This document shows positions 52,140 through 64,000 of a stretch of 64,000 bases of DNA, in pieces (position 1 is the first letter of the stretch; each line of letters starts with the position of its first letter). The stretch covers positions 76,384,001 through 76,448,000 of the forward strand of contig CM052822.1 in the NCBI GenBank assembly GCA_028534125.1, in the 5' to 3' direction. This DNA is from Lama glama (Eukaryota). The notes under the pieces are model-generated. The model did not search any database and had not been told where the DNA came from. It worked only from the letters and a program-made list of their open reading frames with translations. The translations under genes were made by a program, and so were the position numbers.

Positions 52140-52263
52140 TTTTATTTTGGGGGGGAGATCATTGGGTTTATTGGTTAATTTATTTAATGGAGGTACTGGG
52201 AATTGAACCCAGGGCCTCACGCGTGCTAAGCATGCGCTCTACCACTGAGCTATGCCCTCCCCC
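52140..52263 (-). mobile_element. tRNA-derived SINE, camelid Vic-1-like
   Basis: Minus strand ggggagggcaTAGCTCAGTGGtagagcgcatgcttagcacgcgtgaggccctgGGTTCAATTCCcagtacctcc plus AT-rich tail. Pol III A and B boxes present. Confidence 0.85.
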
Positions 52264-52461
52264 TCAGGGAAGAAAAACACTACTCCCCATTTATCTCTGG
52301 CAACAAAATGAGACGTCACAATAGAGGGCTGATGTGATCAGCAAATCTTTCCAAACCTACTTATGTGAAAATTATAGACACTCTCCCAACTGCTACCATT
52401 TTCTAAAACAAATCTGTAAAAGGTCACCAACCACAGAAAAAAGTAAGGTGCTTCTTCATAC

Positions 52462-52532
52462 CTGGCTCTTTTGGAAGAAGGCTGGATGTTAGTTACTTCA
52501 TTCTGTTTCAGTTTGGGAGGCAGCCTTACGCC
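52462..52532 (-). CDS. PAXIP1: PAXIP1 exon: [23 protein letters not shown](R)
   Basis: CAG acceptor and CAG|GTATGA donor. 71 bp. Confidence 0.94.
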
Positions 52533-53684
52533 CTGTAATTAAGATATTATTTACTTTAATCCATCTCCCAGGTAACACGGTAGCATCAAGAGACAGGCAC
52601 ATGCCAGTATCGACCTCGCGTAAAGCAGCTCTCCACGTCAAAACCAGCGTCTGCCTGGGCAGCCCTCTGGGCGGGAGCCGGGCGCCAAGGCCGCCTTCCA
52701 GGGCAGCCCTCCAGGCAGTGGTGCCCTCTGCTCTCCCCAGACCCAGCAGTTCTTAAAATTCTTCGACCCCTCCCCCTCTCAGTTCTTGTTACAGATTCTA
52801 TCCTCAACCCTGAACTTTTCAGAACACTTTTCATTTCAATGATTTTATCTTTTGAGTCCCAAGTTGGAACTTGGAAAACATACTCATTTATATCCCCAAA
52901 AGAAAAAAAGGCTATTCCTTAAATGAAATTTCACCTGTGAGGGTTAAGGGCAATCAGGTCATGGCGCCACGGAGGGCAGGGCGTTGGGGGCCACTTGGTC
53001 CCCCAGATGTGGCGCCCACGTTCCTGGGACCAGCGGGAGCCCCCGGAGGCCTCCCTCGGCCAGCTTCTCCGCGCAGCTGCTGCTCCCTGCTCCCCCACAT
53101 CCTGACCACGGACCGTCCACACACACGACTTTACTTTCTGAAGCAACGCCCTCTCAGCCGGAGAGGGGATTGCATCCTCACCCCCATCCCCTTGAAAGGC
53201 AGCCCTGCTCCGGAAGCACCTCTAGCCCTGGAACGTCCAGAAGGGCCCGTCCTGGAAGTGTCGCATCAGAGCCCTCAGCCCACGCGGAGCAGCCGCACCC
53301 AGGACGTGAGGCAGCAGCGGGCCGCGCCTCCCTGGGAGGAGATGCAGGTGCAGCCCTCCTGAGGCACCAGCGCCTCCGGCCCTGCCTCTAACCCTGTGAT
53401 GACAGGTGTCTTATTTTGTTCTCCTCTTCAGTTCTGTCAGCAGTCACAGAGCTCTCTGAAGCAAATAAATAATGTTCCTAATACGTATAAACATGAAGAT
53501 CTGACAACATCAGTTAAGAGAGAACAAGACACAGGGTATATACAGATACCTCAGTGGGAAGGTAAAGCCTTAATTTGTTATGACGACAAGTTACTGGAAG
53601 AGCTTCTAAGTCACAAATATAGGTATACACCTGCTGCACCTTCAGGATGCAGTAACAGCCCAAGTTAAGGTTAACCTGACGTAC

Positions 53685-53728
53685 CATCAGCAGCTCTGGT
53701 GACACTTTCAATGGCACTCTCCAAGCAT
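53685..53728 (-). CDS. PAXIP1: PAXIP1 exon: (D)AWRVPLKVSPELLM
   Basis: tttctctctag acceptor and ATG|GTACGT donor. 44 bp. Confidence 0.93.
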
Positions 53729-54524
53729 CTAGAGAGAAACAGGATATTTTTCAGACATACTGGGTACACGGAGAAGCCCTGCAACAGAAGCCTTGTCAGG
53801 AGCGGGTACCCCCAGATGCGCAGGCGGTGTGGCTGACAGCATCTGATAAGGAGAAAGGTAAGGGCTATCACCGAGTTCAAAGGAGAGCCTGGGCGCACAG
53901 GAGGGGAGCGGCGGCCCGGGAGGGCCCGGGCCCAGTGCCCCGTACGAGGCAGAACTGACCCAAGCCGCAGCACGTGGCCCAGCAGAGGCACCGCCCACCC
54001 CGCGCGTGCTGTCCCGGTAGCCGGCTCTGGGAGCTCCCAGGGTTACAACGCGGCGGCTGACACAGGGTCGCAGCACGAGGAACAGCTGCGGGGACCAACT
54101 CGTCCCCCACGCGGCATCCACGCTGAGTCCTGAAGAGCGTGTGGACGAGGGAAGACAGCAGCCTGCGTGGCGGCTTCAGAGCTGGAGTCAGACCAGCAGA
54201 CACACCCCAGAGAAGCAAGCAGATTATGGCTCAAGATGAGGTGCTTTCTCAGGATTAAAGCCATTCAAAAGCGGGACTGAACGGGCTTGAAGAGAGCGTG
54301 TTAAACCGAGTCTGAAAGACCATTTTCTGGAGTAATGGTCAACTCGGAAAAATGTAGTGAAATGAAGTCCTGTATCGTATACACTCAGGGTAGCGCTCCT
54401 TGCAGACGCTCAGCGCAGCTGCGAGGGGAGGAGCAGGCCCACACCCACGGGCCACGAGACAAACGGGAGCTGGCGCCAGAGCAAAACCCAGAAGGCGCAG
54501 TGCTCCTTCCACCTCTAGTCCGTT

Positions 54525-54718
54525 AGAAAAAGCAAACCGATAAACCACAAGGTCCGACTGTGTAGCCCACGGAGCTATATTCAGTAGCTTATAATAACCT
54601 ATAAAGAACATGAAAAGGAACATACGTACGTATAACTGAATCACTGCTGTACAGCCAGAAACTGACGCAGCATTGTAAACCAACTATGCTTCAATTTTAA
54701 AAAAGCAAAAAAAAAACA
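54525..54718 (+). mobile_element. L1 3' end fragment with A-tail
   Basis: ataaaccacaaggtccgactgtgtagc...ataactgaatcactgctgtacagccagaaactgacgcagcattgtaaaccaactat, then an A-rich tail. Confidence 0.85.
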
Positions 54719-54922
54719 ACCCCAGAACAAACCCGCAAACCAACAAGCACTCCCGAGCAGCGGGCGCGGAAGGAGAAACTGGAGAGGACACAGGCAAGGA
54801 AACGAGCCCTGAGGGGGAAGCTGAAGCCGAGGCCGGTGGCTGGCGCGCGCGCGGCGGCAAAGCCACGGGGCGGGGGTGGGCACGGGCAGGTGCGCGAGCC
54901 GACCCGCGGGGAGCCCCCTCAC

Positions 54923-55107
54923 CTAGGAGGTTCAACACCAGGTGCGGCGTCGGGGCAAAGGGGTCCTGCAGGTTGAACGCCGTGTAGCGGCCGTACTGGA
55001 TCTGCCGCAGGGCCTCGAAGTTCCCGAGGAGGATGTCTCCCAGCCACTGGGCGTTCACACACGGGATCCTCCACTCTCTGGCTTTCTCATACTTTAAACC
55101 GGTGGGT
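54923..55107 (-). CDS. PAXIP1: PAXIP1 exon: [61 protein letters not shown]
   Basis: AAG acceptor and GTGAGG donor. 185 bp. KY..A..W and VNAQWL BRCT motifs. Confidence 0.96.
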
Positions 55108-55344
55108 CTTTTGAGGAGGTGGGGTGAGGTGGGGAGGAAACACACTTATTAAATGTTAAAGCTGTCCACATTCAAATTTCTATTTATTTTCAACAAGTCA
55201 ACCCACATTTTTCTCACACTAGAAATGGCGGGGGTGTTTCTGCAAAGCTGACAGCGCCCCCGGCTGGTCATTAAGTGCGCCTGGAAGGTGCGGGTGGGCT
55301 ATGAGACCAACGCCTCGTCGCTGTTACTAATTTAACTTAAATTC

Positions 55345-55680
55345 CATCAGCTCTGTTATCTGTTCATCCCAAACTCCTAATTTATCCCTTCCCCCACTTT
55401 CCCCTTTATAACCTTGTTTGTTTTCTATGTCTGTGTCTTTCTGTTTCATGAATAAGTCATTTGTGTCATTTTTCTAGGTTCCACATATGTGGTATCACAG
55501 TCTCTGTCTTTGTCTGACTGACTTCAGTCAGTACGATCATCTCTAGGTCTACCTGTGTTGCTGCAAATGGCATGGCTTCTTCATTTTTAACTCTGAGTAG
55601 TATTACACTGTACAGGTATACCACAGTTTGTTTATCCATTCACTTGCTGACAGATCTTTGTATCATTTTCAGTTTTGGGC
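55345..55680 (-). mobile_element. L1 3' region fragment
   Basis: cccaaactcctaatttatccctt...gacttcagtcagtacgatcatctctaggtctacctgtgttgctgcaaatggcat. Confidence 0.8.
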
Positions 55681-55883
55681 AAACAATCTAATTCCTTTCA
55701 AATGCTGTACAGGTAATTCTGGCAACATCATCACGAACATCACTGCCATTCTCTCAGCGGACTTTGATTTTGATGCTCAAATTTCCACCACAAAACTGTG
55801 ATATATGAAGAAATACAGAACTGCCGAAGCAGCCACTACACTGTGTGCACTTAAGACGAAACGTGGTTTCCAACCGTGCTTAC

Positions 55884-56005
55884 TCCTTGCAGATGAGGAC
55901 CGTGTTGCTGCGACACAGGTAGCCTGTGTACCTGGCGCCGGCTAGGTAGGCCATTAACTTGAGGTCATCCCTGTCACTGTCGACAAACCCAGTTACAGAG
56001 ATAAT
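55884..56005 (-). CDS. PAXIP1: PAXIP1 exon: [40 protein letters not shown](E) (BRCT4)
   Basis: TAG acceptor and GTAAGC donor. 122 bp. Confidence 0.96.
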
Positions 56006-56517
56006 CTAAGAGAAAGAGCACAAAGGTCAGAGCACAGCAGTGCAACCCAGTTAACGCAACTCCCTCCTCTCCATTCTGGCGGTTTCGCAGACACATGCTT
56101 TCCCACTCTTCCTCTGGTATCACGAGAGAGATCTGGTCACAGCATTCCTAAGAATGTCAAAGCCAGAGGTTTGTTAACGGTTAAAAATGTTACATACTCA
56201 GTATCAAGGGCGGGGGGACCTTTTTTGTGTTAATATGACACTATTCAGAAAATTTTAAGTCATTTTATTAAGCATGTAAATATTAGTCACGTCTCCCTTC
56301 TCTTTGCTGATGCCAGTTTGGTGCTCATCTGGGTGGGAGAACCTGTAACCAAGTGAGAAGGTCTGTCTGGTAGTGGCCACTGCTGGTGTAAGACGCTGAT
56401 TGATTTTAGGAATCTGAATAGCGTCAAGGACTCTGGAGAATGAATCAAACATCTGCCCTGTGCAGGAAGCTGTGACGCTACAGGGGCCCGAGAGGAGCAG
56501 GCGGGGATGTGCCTTAC

Positions 56518-56655
56518 GTGCTGGGAGCAGGGCTTCCCGCCCGGGGGGAAGGCCACCGGGAAGTGCAGGGCCCGGTGCGGCGGCACCATCTTCTTCTTCT
56601 TGAGGACAGCGTTCAGCCAGTGCGCCGTGACGCACCGCCGCCGCTCCTTCATCGC
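56518..56655 (-). CDS. PAXIP1: PAXIP1 exon: [46 protein letters not shown]
   Basis: CAG acceptor and GTAAGG donor. 138 bp. BRCT conserved Trp motif (VTAHWL). Confidence 0.97.
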
Positions 56656-56960
56656 CTGCGGATGGGACAGGACAGAGCAGGACGGGCTTGTCGCCTGGGG
56701 TCTCAGCCGCAGGCTATGTGCGCAAGCGCGAGGCTCACTGGAAGCCCCATCGATCGGGGGGTTTCACGGGCTCAGCACCCAGTTTACTGAAGTAACAAAC
56801 TACCGCAGTGCAGCAGGGGACTTACTGCAGCCCAGGCTGTGACTGCCCACAGGGAGCAGGGCCCTCCCGGCGGACGGCAGAGGGAGGCACCACCTCGGAC
56901 AGCTACCCTGGAAATGACCTTCGTCACGGAAGGAGATGACATTTATGGCCATCAAAATCA

Positions 56961-56961
<1 letters not shown>

Positions 56962-57022
<61 letters not shown>
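56962..57022. repeat. Perfect (CA)n microsatellite, about 30 units
   Basis: Uninterrupted CA run. Confidence 0.97.
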
Positions 57023-57024
<2 letters not shown>

Positions 57025-57594
57025 AAAAACTCTAACCGCCCACCTGAAATCAGCCTCGGGGGAACCTCGTAAGTGTTCCCGCGTTTTTAGTTGGAGGTGG
57101 AGCCAGTGAGCCTTTAGGAAGAGCTTCCTAGAGGCCCTTCGTCACACACACACACACAAAGTGCCGGTTTGCCCACAGATAAGCACGCTTCTAAGAAATG
57201 GGGAGAAATGGACCTGGAGGGATGGGAGGAGGTGACGCTGGGGAGGAAGCTGTAGGCCTGTGAGGCTACGCCTAGCCAGACCTGCACCAAGTTCCCCGCC
57301 AGCCGCGGAGCCCTGCGTCCCCACTGGGCGCTCAGTGTGACCTGGGGTTTGAGGGGAAGGGTGTCCGCCCTCTCCTTCCTGTCCCTGTTCCTCAAAGACA
57401 GAGAAGCCTGAGGGCCACAGAGCTACCCATCCCACCAAAGATCCATGGAAACTGGAACCAAGCAACTTGCCTATTTCCAGTGGTGGAAACAAACCCTTTC
57501 CAAACATGGCATTACTGGAGTCACCGAGAACCCCACGTGGTCCCTAGAAAGGGACATTCAGACCTGTCCTAGCCCCAGCTGAGCCCCCACTCAC

Positions 57595-57690
57595 CTGTGC
57601 GAACAGCCCGCTGACCTGGCTCTCACAGAGGAGGTGTGTGCAGCGGCTGGAGAGCGTGGGGTCCACGGTGCCGCCGTGCGCCCGGATTAT
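57595..57690 (-). CDS. PAXIP1: PAXIP1 exon: [32 protein letters not shown]
   Basis: TAG acceptor and CAG|GTGAGT donor. 96 bp. BRCT GG and THL motifs. Confidence 0.96.
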
Positions 57691-60600
57691 CTAGACACAC
57701 AAGACCCAGATCGTCACAAGTCCGCACCCAGGAGACAAGAACTCACTTCAGGTACGACGGCTATTACAGTGTCTGCTGTGTGTTCACACCGTACACTTCC
57801 CCCAAATGTGAAAGGTACGCGTCGGTTCCGTGTGCGGACCTATCACTATAAAACAGAAGTGGACAACACTCGTCTCATCTCCATTTCCAGAGGGAAAGAA
57901 GAAGAGTGGAAGGTGTCTTTCCAGAACAGGGTCTCTGGGCCGGCACCACTGACATTTCGGAGCAGCTGGTTCTGAGTGAGGGGCTATCCCGCACACCCCG
58001 GGAGGCTGGCCGCGCCCCGACTCCAACCACTCTGTGCGACAGCGCTCCCCCAGCTGTGACAACTAGAGTCGTTCCACACACTGCCGGACATCCCCGGGGG
58101 GCACCAAAGTCTCTGCTTTTAAGCATCACTATTCCAAAAGGAAAAAAAGCAAATCTCAATGAAGTCGGTGAGCATCAAAAATTTATTTTAAAAAACATTC
58201 AGTTTTTTGGGATGAGGGGACTACTCAGTGCCTCGACTGTTGTGGTTACGTGGTTACATGGCACTAGTGGCACGTGTCAAATTCGTAACACTGCACACCA
58301 AAAAGGTGAGAACTTCATCATATGTTTAGAAAGGCTTGCCCCACAGAATGACTCTTCATTCACAACTTTTTAAAATTAATTTTTATGTTTCACACAGTGA
58401 TTCACAAACACAGCTGGACAAGGCCCAGGACAGAACCAGCAGCCTCCTGTCCCACTCATGTCCTCGCCCTGAAGGCCACCACACTGGCTCGTGACCTGTT
58501 TCTTCTGGTCGTCACTAACAGACCCTAACTAGCACGTCATGCTCTTCCTGTTTTCTGGTTTTATATGTTACCTACCAGCCTCCTACTGTGGAGCCAGGGT
58601 CCCCCGAATAACACACACACATACACATGCGCGCACACGCGCACGAGCCTTCCTGACTAGGTTCTATCACGATTCCTGCTTAACTCAGTCTCTGGGATTT
58701 AAAGCATGTGGCTCAGCCACCTGCTTTCCTAAGGCATACCAGGACAGGTACCAGCTCCCTTCTGGTACAAACTTTTGCTTTCCCTGGTGCTAATAAATGT
58801 CTTATTCCTCTCCTTCTCACCTGTCTTGGTCTTAGTTTTCTAGGCACCTGTCACTGTTTCATTTCCAGACTCTTCAAAGAAACATAACGTGCCGCCTCAT
58901 AACTGTGTGGACAAGTCCCCTGTCACTCCTCCTCCTGAAGCCAGAGCCGGACTCGGCCTGGAGCATGGGCCGGGCTGACAGACCACGGACAGACCATGGC
59001 GAGTGTCTCCAGACTCAGCTGGGAAAGACAATGCTGCGCCCTCCCTGTCACAGGTCAGACACCTGGGGAGCCAGCGCCACACCGAGGGGGCCGAGCCACC
59101 ACCACCGCTAAGCCACTTCGGGTTTTCCCACCCGGGAAGAAATCACAAGACAGTGAACGTCTGCAGTTTAGGTCCCAAACTTTGGGAGAAAGTGTCACAG
59201 CACTGGACAGCTGAGGCAGCATAGTCTGTGTTATGGCTCGCTGGTCACCTGCCACCTTTCCCACATGCCGTCTCTGCTGGACCCTGGCCCCTCTCCACCT
59301 CCAGCCTGCTTCCATGTCCATCTGGATTCCCTTCCCCCTCACTCTGTGAGGCCCTTCCGTCTGGGGGCCAGAGCCCCACCCTGGGTGCCCACACCCGCCT
59401 CTGCCCGTGCAGTGGCTTCCTAAGAGCGGGCACGTGGGCAGCACGCGTTTTCATGGTGCAAGTCTGAAAACGGCTTGACCTAGTCTCATTCGACTGGCAG
59501 GCTGGCTACGGGAGTCTAGGCTGGAGATTCCTTTCCCTCAGAATCTTGAAGACATAACTCAATTGTCTTCCAGCTGCTGGGCTGTGCCTGAGAAGCCAGA
59601 CACCCCAGCCCGTGATGGCCACCCCTCGGCTCCTGCGCTCTTCCAGCTGCACTCGGGCTCCCTGCACGCTCCCCGCGGCCCCGCTCCCCCGGGGAAGCAC
59701 CCTTTGGTCCCTCGGAAGTAGGTGATTTCCTTTCAACTTCCTTGCCTTCGTCTCTTCTGTCTCCAAACCTGTGTTATTTAATGTTGGGCCTCTTGGACTA
59801 ACCCTTTACCTTAAGCAAAATCAAAACCCCCACAAACCAAAGGCACACCTTTTCTAATCTTCGAGTTTTGTTCTAGTTTTATAAGGATGGTTTCTAAACA
59901 TTACCTCCTACACTTCCATGATTTAAAAAAAAAAACTGCTGCTGTGATTCTCAGACAGGCCTCCCTCCCTGGCCCAGCCACTGTCCCTGTCCAGGTTATC
60001 ACCGTGTCTCCACCAGCCCACTGCGCGGCCATCCCCCAGTCTTCCTTATTCTACATCACGATTAAAATGTGCATCTCCCCACTTCCTGTATGCTTTAGAA
60101 ACCACGGGGATGAACCCCAATTTCCATAACACGGCACGTAGTAAGGTCTGGAACAGGCCGGCCCCCCCGCCCCCAGGCCCGCCCACCCCCAGCAGTGTGG
60201 GTTTCCTGCCGCCCCGTCCCCCTCTGCAGCCACGTGTCTCTGCCTGTGCCACGCTATCCGGGATGTCTTCCCCTGAACTCTGACTCCGACGTGTCCTTCA
60301 AGACTCAGTCCAGGAACCACTCCTCCTGCAGACTCCTCTCGACGAGCACCCTGATGGGCTAATGAGTGTACTTTCTCAGGGCCCCCCGCACCCACCGCAC
60401 CGTCATCTGCGCGTGTGGCTGCTTCCCCAGCTGGCTTACAGCTCCCCGAGACTTGTGTGGTCACCAGCGCTCCCAAGCCCTGCAGCGGGTCCCGCACACG
60501 GCAGGGCCCAGCGCAGAGAGAGCTGGCTGGGAAGCACATTCAACATGTAGCTGACACGCTCACACTCTTTTCTTTTTTAAACAACATTTTGACTAAATTT

Positions 60601-61037
60601 TGATGCAGTGGTGGCATTGCAAGAAGTGTTTACTTTTTCTTTTCTTTAAGGCCACCATGCAAAGTAATTAATTAATTAAACCGATTTTTCAAAATACAGT
60701 TCCACACCTGGGCTAGAAGACTGAGGCCCCTTCTAACCTGGAGACCAGGGTTTTTTCCCGCTAGCCTTTGGAGCACAGAAATGACCAAGGCATGTACAAG
60801 TCGGTATCCTACTCAAGGTCACTAAAATCAGATCTTCCAGCAGCCCCAGTTACACATGAGTAATTCATGCCCCTTAGAATGTCAAGACTGAAACGAATTT
60901 TAAGAATGAGAAAGTCCAACATTTTCCCCTCACAGCGAAGAAAACTGCAGCCCAGAAAAGTGATCTGCCCAAGGTGACAGAGTGTTAATAAAGTGCCCAT
61001 AAGCACGCGGAGCACGTGTGTGTCCCGGGAACCTCAC

Positions 61038-61132
61038 CCTTTTCCAGGTGGCCAGCAGCTGTCTGTCAGACATCTGCTCTGGGTAGTCCGCAACTGCAAA
61101 CACGCAGCCCAGTAAGAAGCCTTCTTCTGGAA
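61038..61132 (-). CDS. PAXIP1: PAXIP1 exon: (I)[31 protein letters not shown] (start of BRCT3)
   Basis: ttctattccag acceptor and AGG|GTGAGG donor. 95 bp. Confidence 0.96.
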
Positions 61133-61609
61133 CTGGAATAGAATTATACCAGAAAAGCAAGTCAAAACCCCAACCCCATGAATGTGCAAAAAATAAAAAA
61201 GCTCATTCTGCAGAGTTCCGTATGAATTCACCAAGTTAATTAATGACTCTCGGCCGTAACGTCCCCACAAGCACTCTGAGCACACTCGGAATACTACCAC
61301 CAACAGGGCTGCCTGTTTATACGAAATGATTTAAAAAGTGAAACCAACAGAGCTCATGCCTAGGCACTGAAGGCTCTAAGTTGGGCCGGGGCGGCCTGAT
61401 GTCCTACGGACACACAGGGACTACGGGCGCACTGCCCCAGAGAGGCGAGGAAACCCAGCGGCCCCAGGCTGCAGCCATGTGCCTTGTTAGGCAGCGAGAC
61501 CTACGCTCCCGCCTGGTGAGAGGTGCTCTGATACGGCCCCCCCGCACCCCACCGGAGTGCTTCTGTACACACAGGACTTTAGGAGAAAAAAGGAAACCCC
61601 ATCACGGAC

Positions 61610-62066
61610 TGTCCACTGCCGGGTCGTGTCCAAACAGCTGGGGCTGCACGTGCGGGGGCTGCGGCGGGGGCTGCAGGCCCGGGGGCGCCGGGCCCTGCAG
61701 GGGCGGCGGCGGCGGCGGCTGGTGCAGGCGCTGGAGTTGCTGCTGGTGCAGCTGGGCCAGCTGGTGCTGCTGCAGCTGGTGCAGCTGCTGCTGCAGGGCC
61801 GGCGGCGGCGGCCGGGGCGGCGGCGGCTGCGGGAACAGGTGTGGCGGCGGCGGGGGGTAAGGCTGCGGGGCCGCATGCGGCGGCGGCTGCAGCTGCACGA
61901 TCTGCTGGGGCGGCAGGTGCAGCACCGGGTGCGGCTGCGGCGGTGGCACGTGCGGCTCAGGAGTCGCCTTCACCTGCCCTAACAGCACCGCGCTCGCGTG
62001 GCCCTGCTGGCTGTGGTTCACCTGCGGCTCCAAGGTTTTCGTAGGTGCTGAGAGGGACTGCAAGAT
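61610..62066 (-). CDS. PAXIP1: PAXIP1 (PTIP) exon encoding the Gln/Pro-rich region: [23 protein letters not shown]...[10 protein letters not shown]
   Basis: tctttgtcttccag acceptor. 457 bp, phase 0/1. Flanks match recalled [27 protein letters not shown] and FGHDPAVE. Donor A|GTCCGT is weak but is the nearby one in frame with the next exon. Confidence 0.92.
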
Positions 62067-64000
62067 CTGGAAGACAAAGATCAGGCCAAGTCACCATCAA
62101 GAGTCGCTGAAAGGCACTCACGTCCCCTTAGTCCAGAGAGTGACAGCCCAGCCCCCACGGTCCCCACCGCCCACCACGGGGACACTCAGAACCGTGCTCC
62201 AGTTCTCAGCTGTGTTTACTGAGCGCTGCCAAGTTCAAGGAAGTAAATAAATTTATATTCTGAGACCACCAACATTTGAAACCGAGTAAGAAAAATGGAA
62301 TAAGCCCATGAATTAAGATACAAAAACCCCTACAGCTGATGCGTTTTAGGGCTGAGTGACACAGTGGCAAAAAACTGATGCTCCTTTCCAAACACCGACT
62401 TCCAGCCCACCCCTGGGGACAACCACTGGTAGTAGTTTCTTGTGGGTCTGCTGGGAATTTTCCATGTCCTGGTTATCAACTGGTATTGAAAAGAGAGGAG
62501 TCCTGTTCCTTTGACTTCTTAGGCTTTGGGGCGTCGGAGTCCTACACCGCCTGGCACGCGGAGTCCCTCTCCCGTCCACGCCAAAAGCCTTCTCTGAGCC
62601 CAGCGACACTCAGGGAGTGACGAGCCAGGAAGGCCTGACCTTGGCCTCCCCTCCATGGCTGGTGCACTAGAGGAGGCCAGGAAGAACCCTCCAGAGTGAA
62701 GGCGTGGGACATGAGCAACCCCCAACGGCAGTCGCCAGGCCCCCATCTGTGGTGGCCCCACCTTGCGTCCCAGCACATACACGAGGGACAGAGGAGACGC
62801 CAACGTTCCCCCACCTGAGAGGTCATCAGCACAGCTGGGAAGCTGGCCTTCCTCAGAAGTGACTCGGAGCTCTTTACACAGGACAAAGGGCCTCAGGTTG
62901 GAGAAAACCCTGACACCAGCCGCCATCCCCTTTCATGCCCCCTGCTTCCCAGTGACAGGAGTCAGCTGAGAGCAGTACCAGCCGCACAGGGAGGCAGGAG
63001 ACACCACCAGGCCAGGCAAGCCTCACACGGCAGGTCACCCACCACCTCGCGCAGTGCGAGACAGAACAAAACAAACATGTCATACCGTGAATCTCCCCCA
63101 TGTTGCTCAAATAACAAAGGCTGGAAGTCAGCGTCTTGTGGTCAGGGAAACCAGTAACCATCTTACTGCACTCAACCAACACAGCTTACCCCTATTAAAG
63201 CACCCTTGTCATTTAAATACAACCCCAGAAACTCAACTTTCACATAAATCAAAGCTACATGAAAATCTCACACATGTTTTTAACATGAATTTTACACTTA
63301 AATACTGACTCTAAAACATAAAGGTTATATCATTTGCAGTAGTAACAGACTGGATTTAGTGATGAAACAAATGAGTTTAAAACTGAAATAAGTCCAACTC
63401 AAGGGCTCGGGTACATCTGTGCAGTCCTTATCCAGGTAAGGCAGCCTCCTAAGGGGACTTCCAGTACGTCATTCAAAACTCCTCTGCGGAGCTCCAAACA
63501 GGAAAAGAAGTCTTTAATTTGTAAAGAACAGGACAACTATTTCTTCTCAATGCAAGTATTAAAAAATATCCAGTAAAGTAGATGGAGAATTAACCCCGCC
63601 AGAGCCCTGCCCAAGTGCAGAACAGCATCTGGGATGCTGCCGTTTCCACGAGAAAGCTCGTGGGCGGGGGCACGCCTGCCCGTGTGCCTGCCGGGAGCCC
63701 CGGCAGCGGCCAGCGGGCGTCGGGGCGGGGGCTGCGAGGGCCACTTTGGAGCCTTTGGCACCTTCTGAATTTTTAAAATCTTGCACATGTATTACTCTTT
63801 CACCCTCCGAAATAAGCAACCTTTATAAATCTGAAAGTTAATCAGGAGGAAATAAACGCCTGTCTGCCACGTGCTGCTCCTGGACCCTGGGTTGGGGGGA
63901 AGCTCACGTGAGGAGGGCCGCCCCCCTCAGCCCTCACTTCTCAGACTGGCCAGGCCGGGGCTGGACTTGCCCTCTGTCCAGGTGACCACCATCTGAGGGG

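Noticed and set aside
52185-52263. Possible tRNA-Ala gene
   Set aside because: Has an AT-rich SINE tail and a SINE-type 5' end, so it is better explained as a tRNA-derived SINE.
61381-62044. Poly-Gly/Cys and poly-Arg/Leu ORFs on the + strand
   Set aside because: Antisense or alternative-frame shadows of the PAXIP1 CCG/CAG-rich exon.
1-64000. Hundreds of 60-250 aa ORFs in the six-frame track
   Set aside because: They are Pro/Gly/Arg/Ala-rich frames expected in stop-poor GC-rich intronic DNA, many with non-ATG starts, with no recognisable domains apart from the DPP6 and PAXIP1 exon segments.

Overview
This is GC-rich mammalian genomic DNA, probably camelid judging from a Vic-1-like tRNA-derived SINE and cetartiodactyl-type L1 ends. 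It holds two convergent spliced genes. On the + strand are the last 10 coding exons of DPP6 (476-32429), the catalytically inactive DPP4-family Kv4 auxiliary subunit, plus its 3' UTR. On the - strand are 10 internal exons of PAXIP1/PTIP (62066 down to 49999), from the Q/P-rich region through BRCT3-5. All exons were joined by hand with GT-AG boundaries and consistent phases. I could not find the terminal PAXIP1 exons. A 500-N gap flanked by an L1 3' end and an L1 5' end lies where they are expected. Between the genes are CpG-island-like segments with CTCF and NRF1 motifs. The rest is intron or intergenic DNA with L1, L2, MaLR/ERV LTR, MER2 and MER20 fragments, minisatellites and microsatellites. 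Almost all ORFs in the supplied track are spurious GC-rich frames. I found no evidence of a new biological system. The most notable points are the apparent polyQ-to-polyP remodelling of PTIP and the missing PAXIP1 3' end. Gene and repeat identities rest on my recall of reference sequences, not on database searches.
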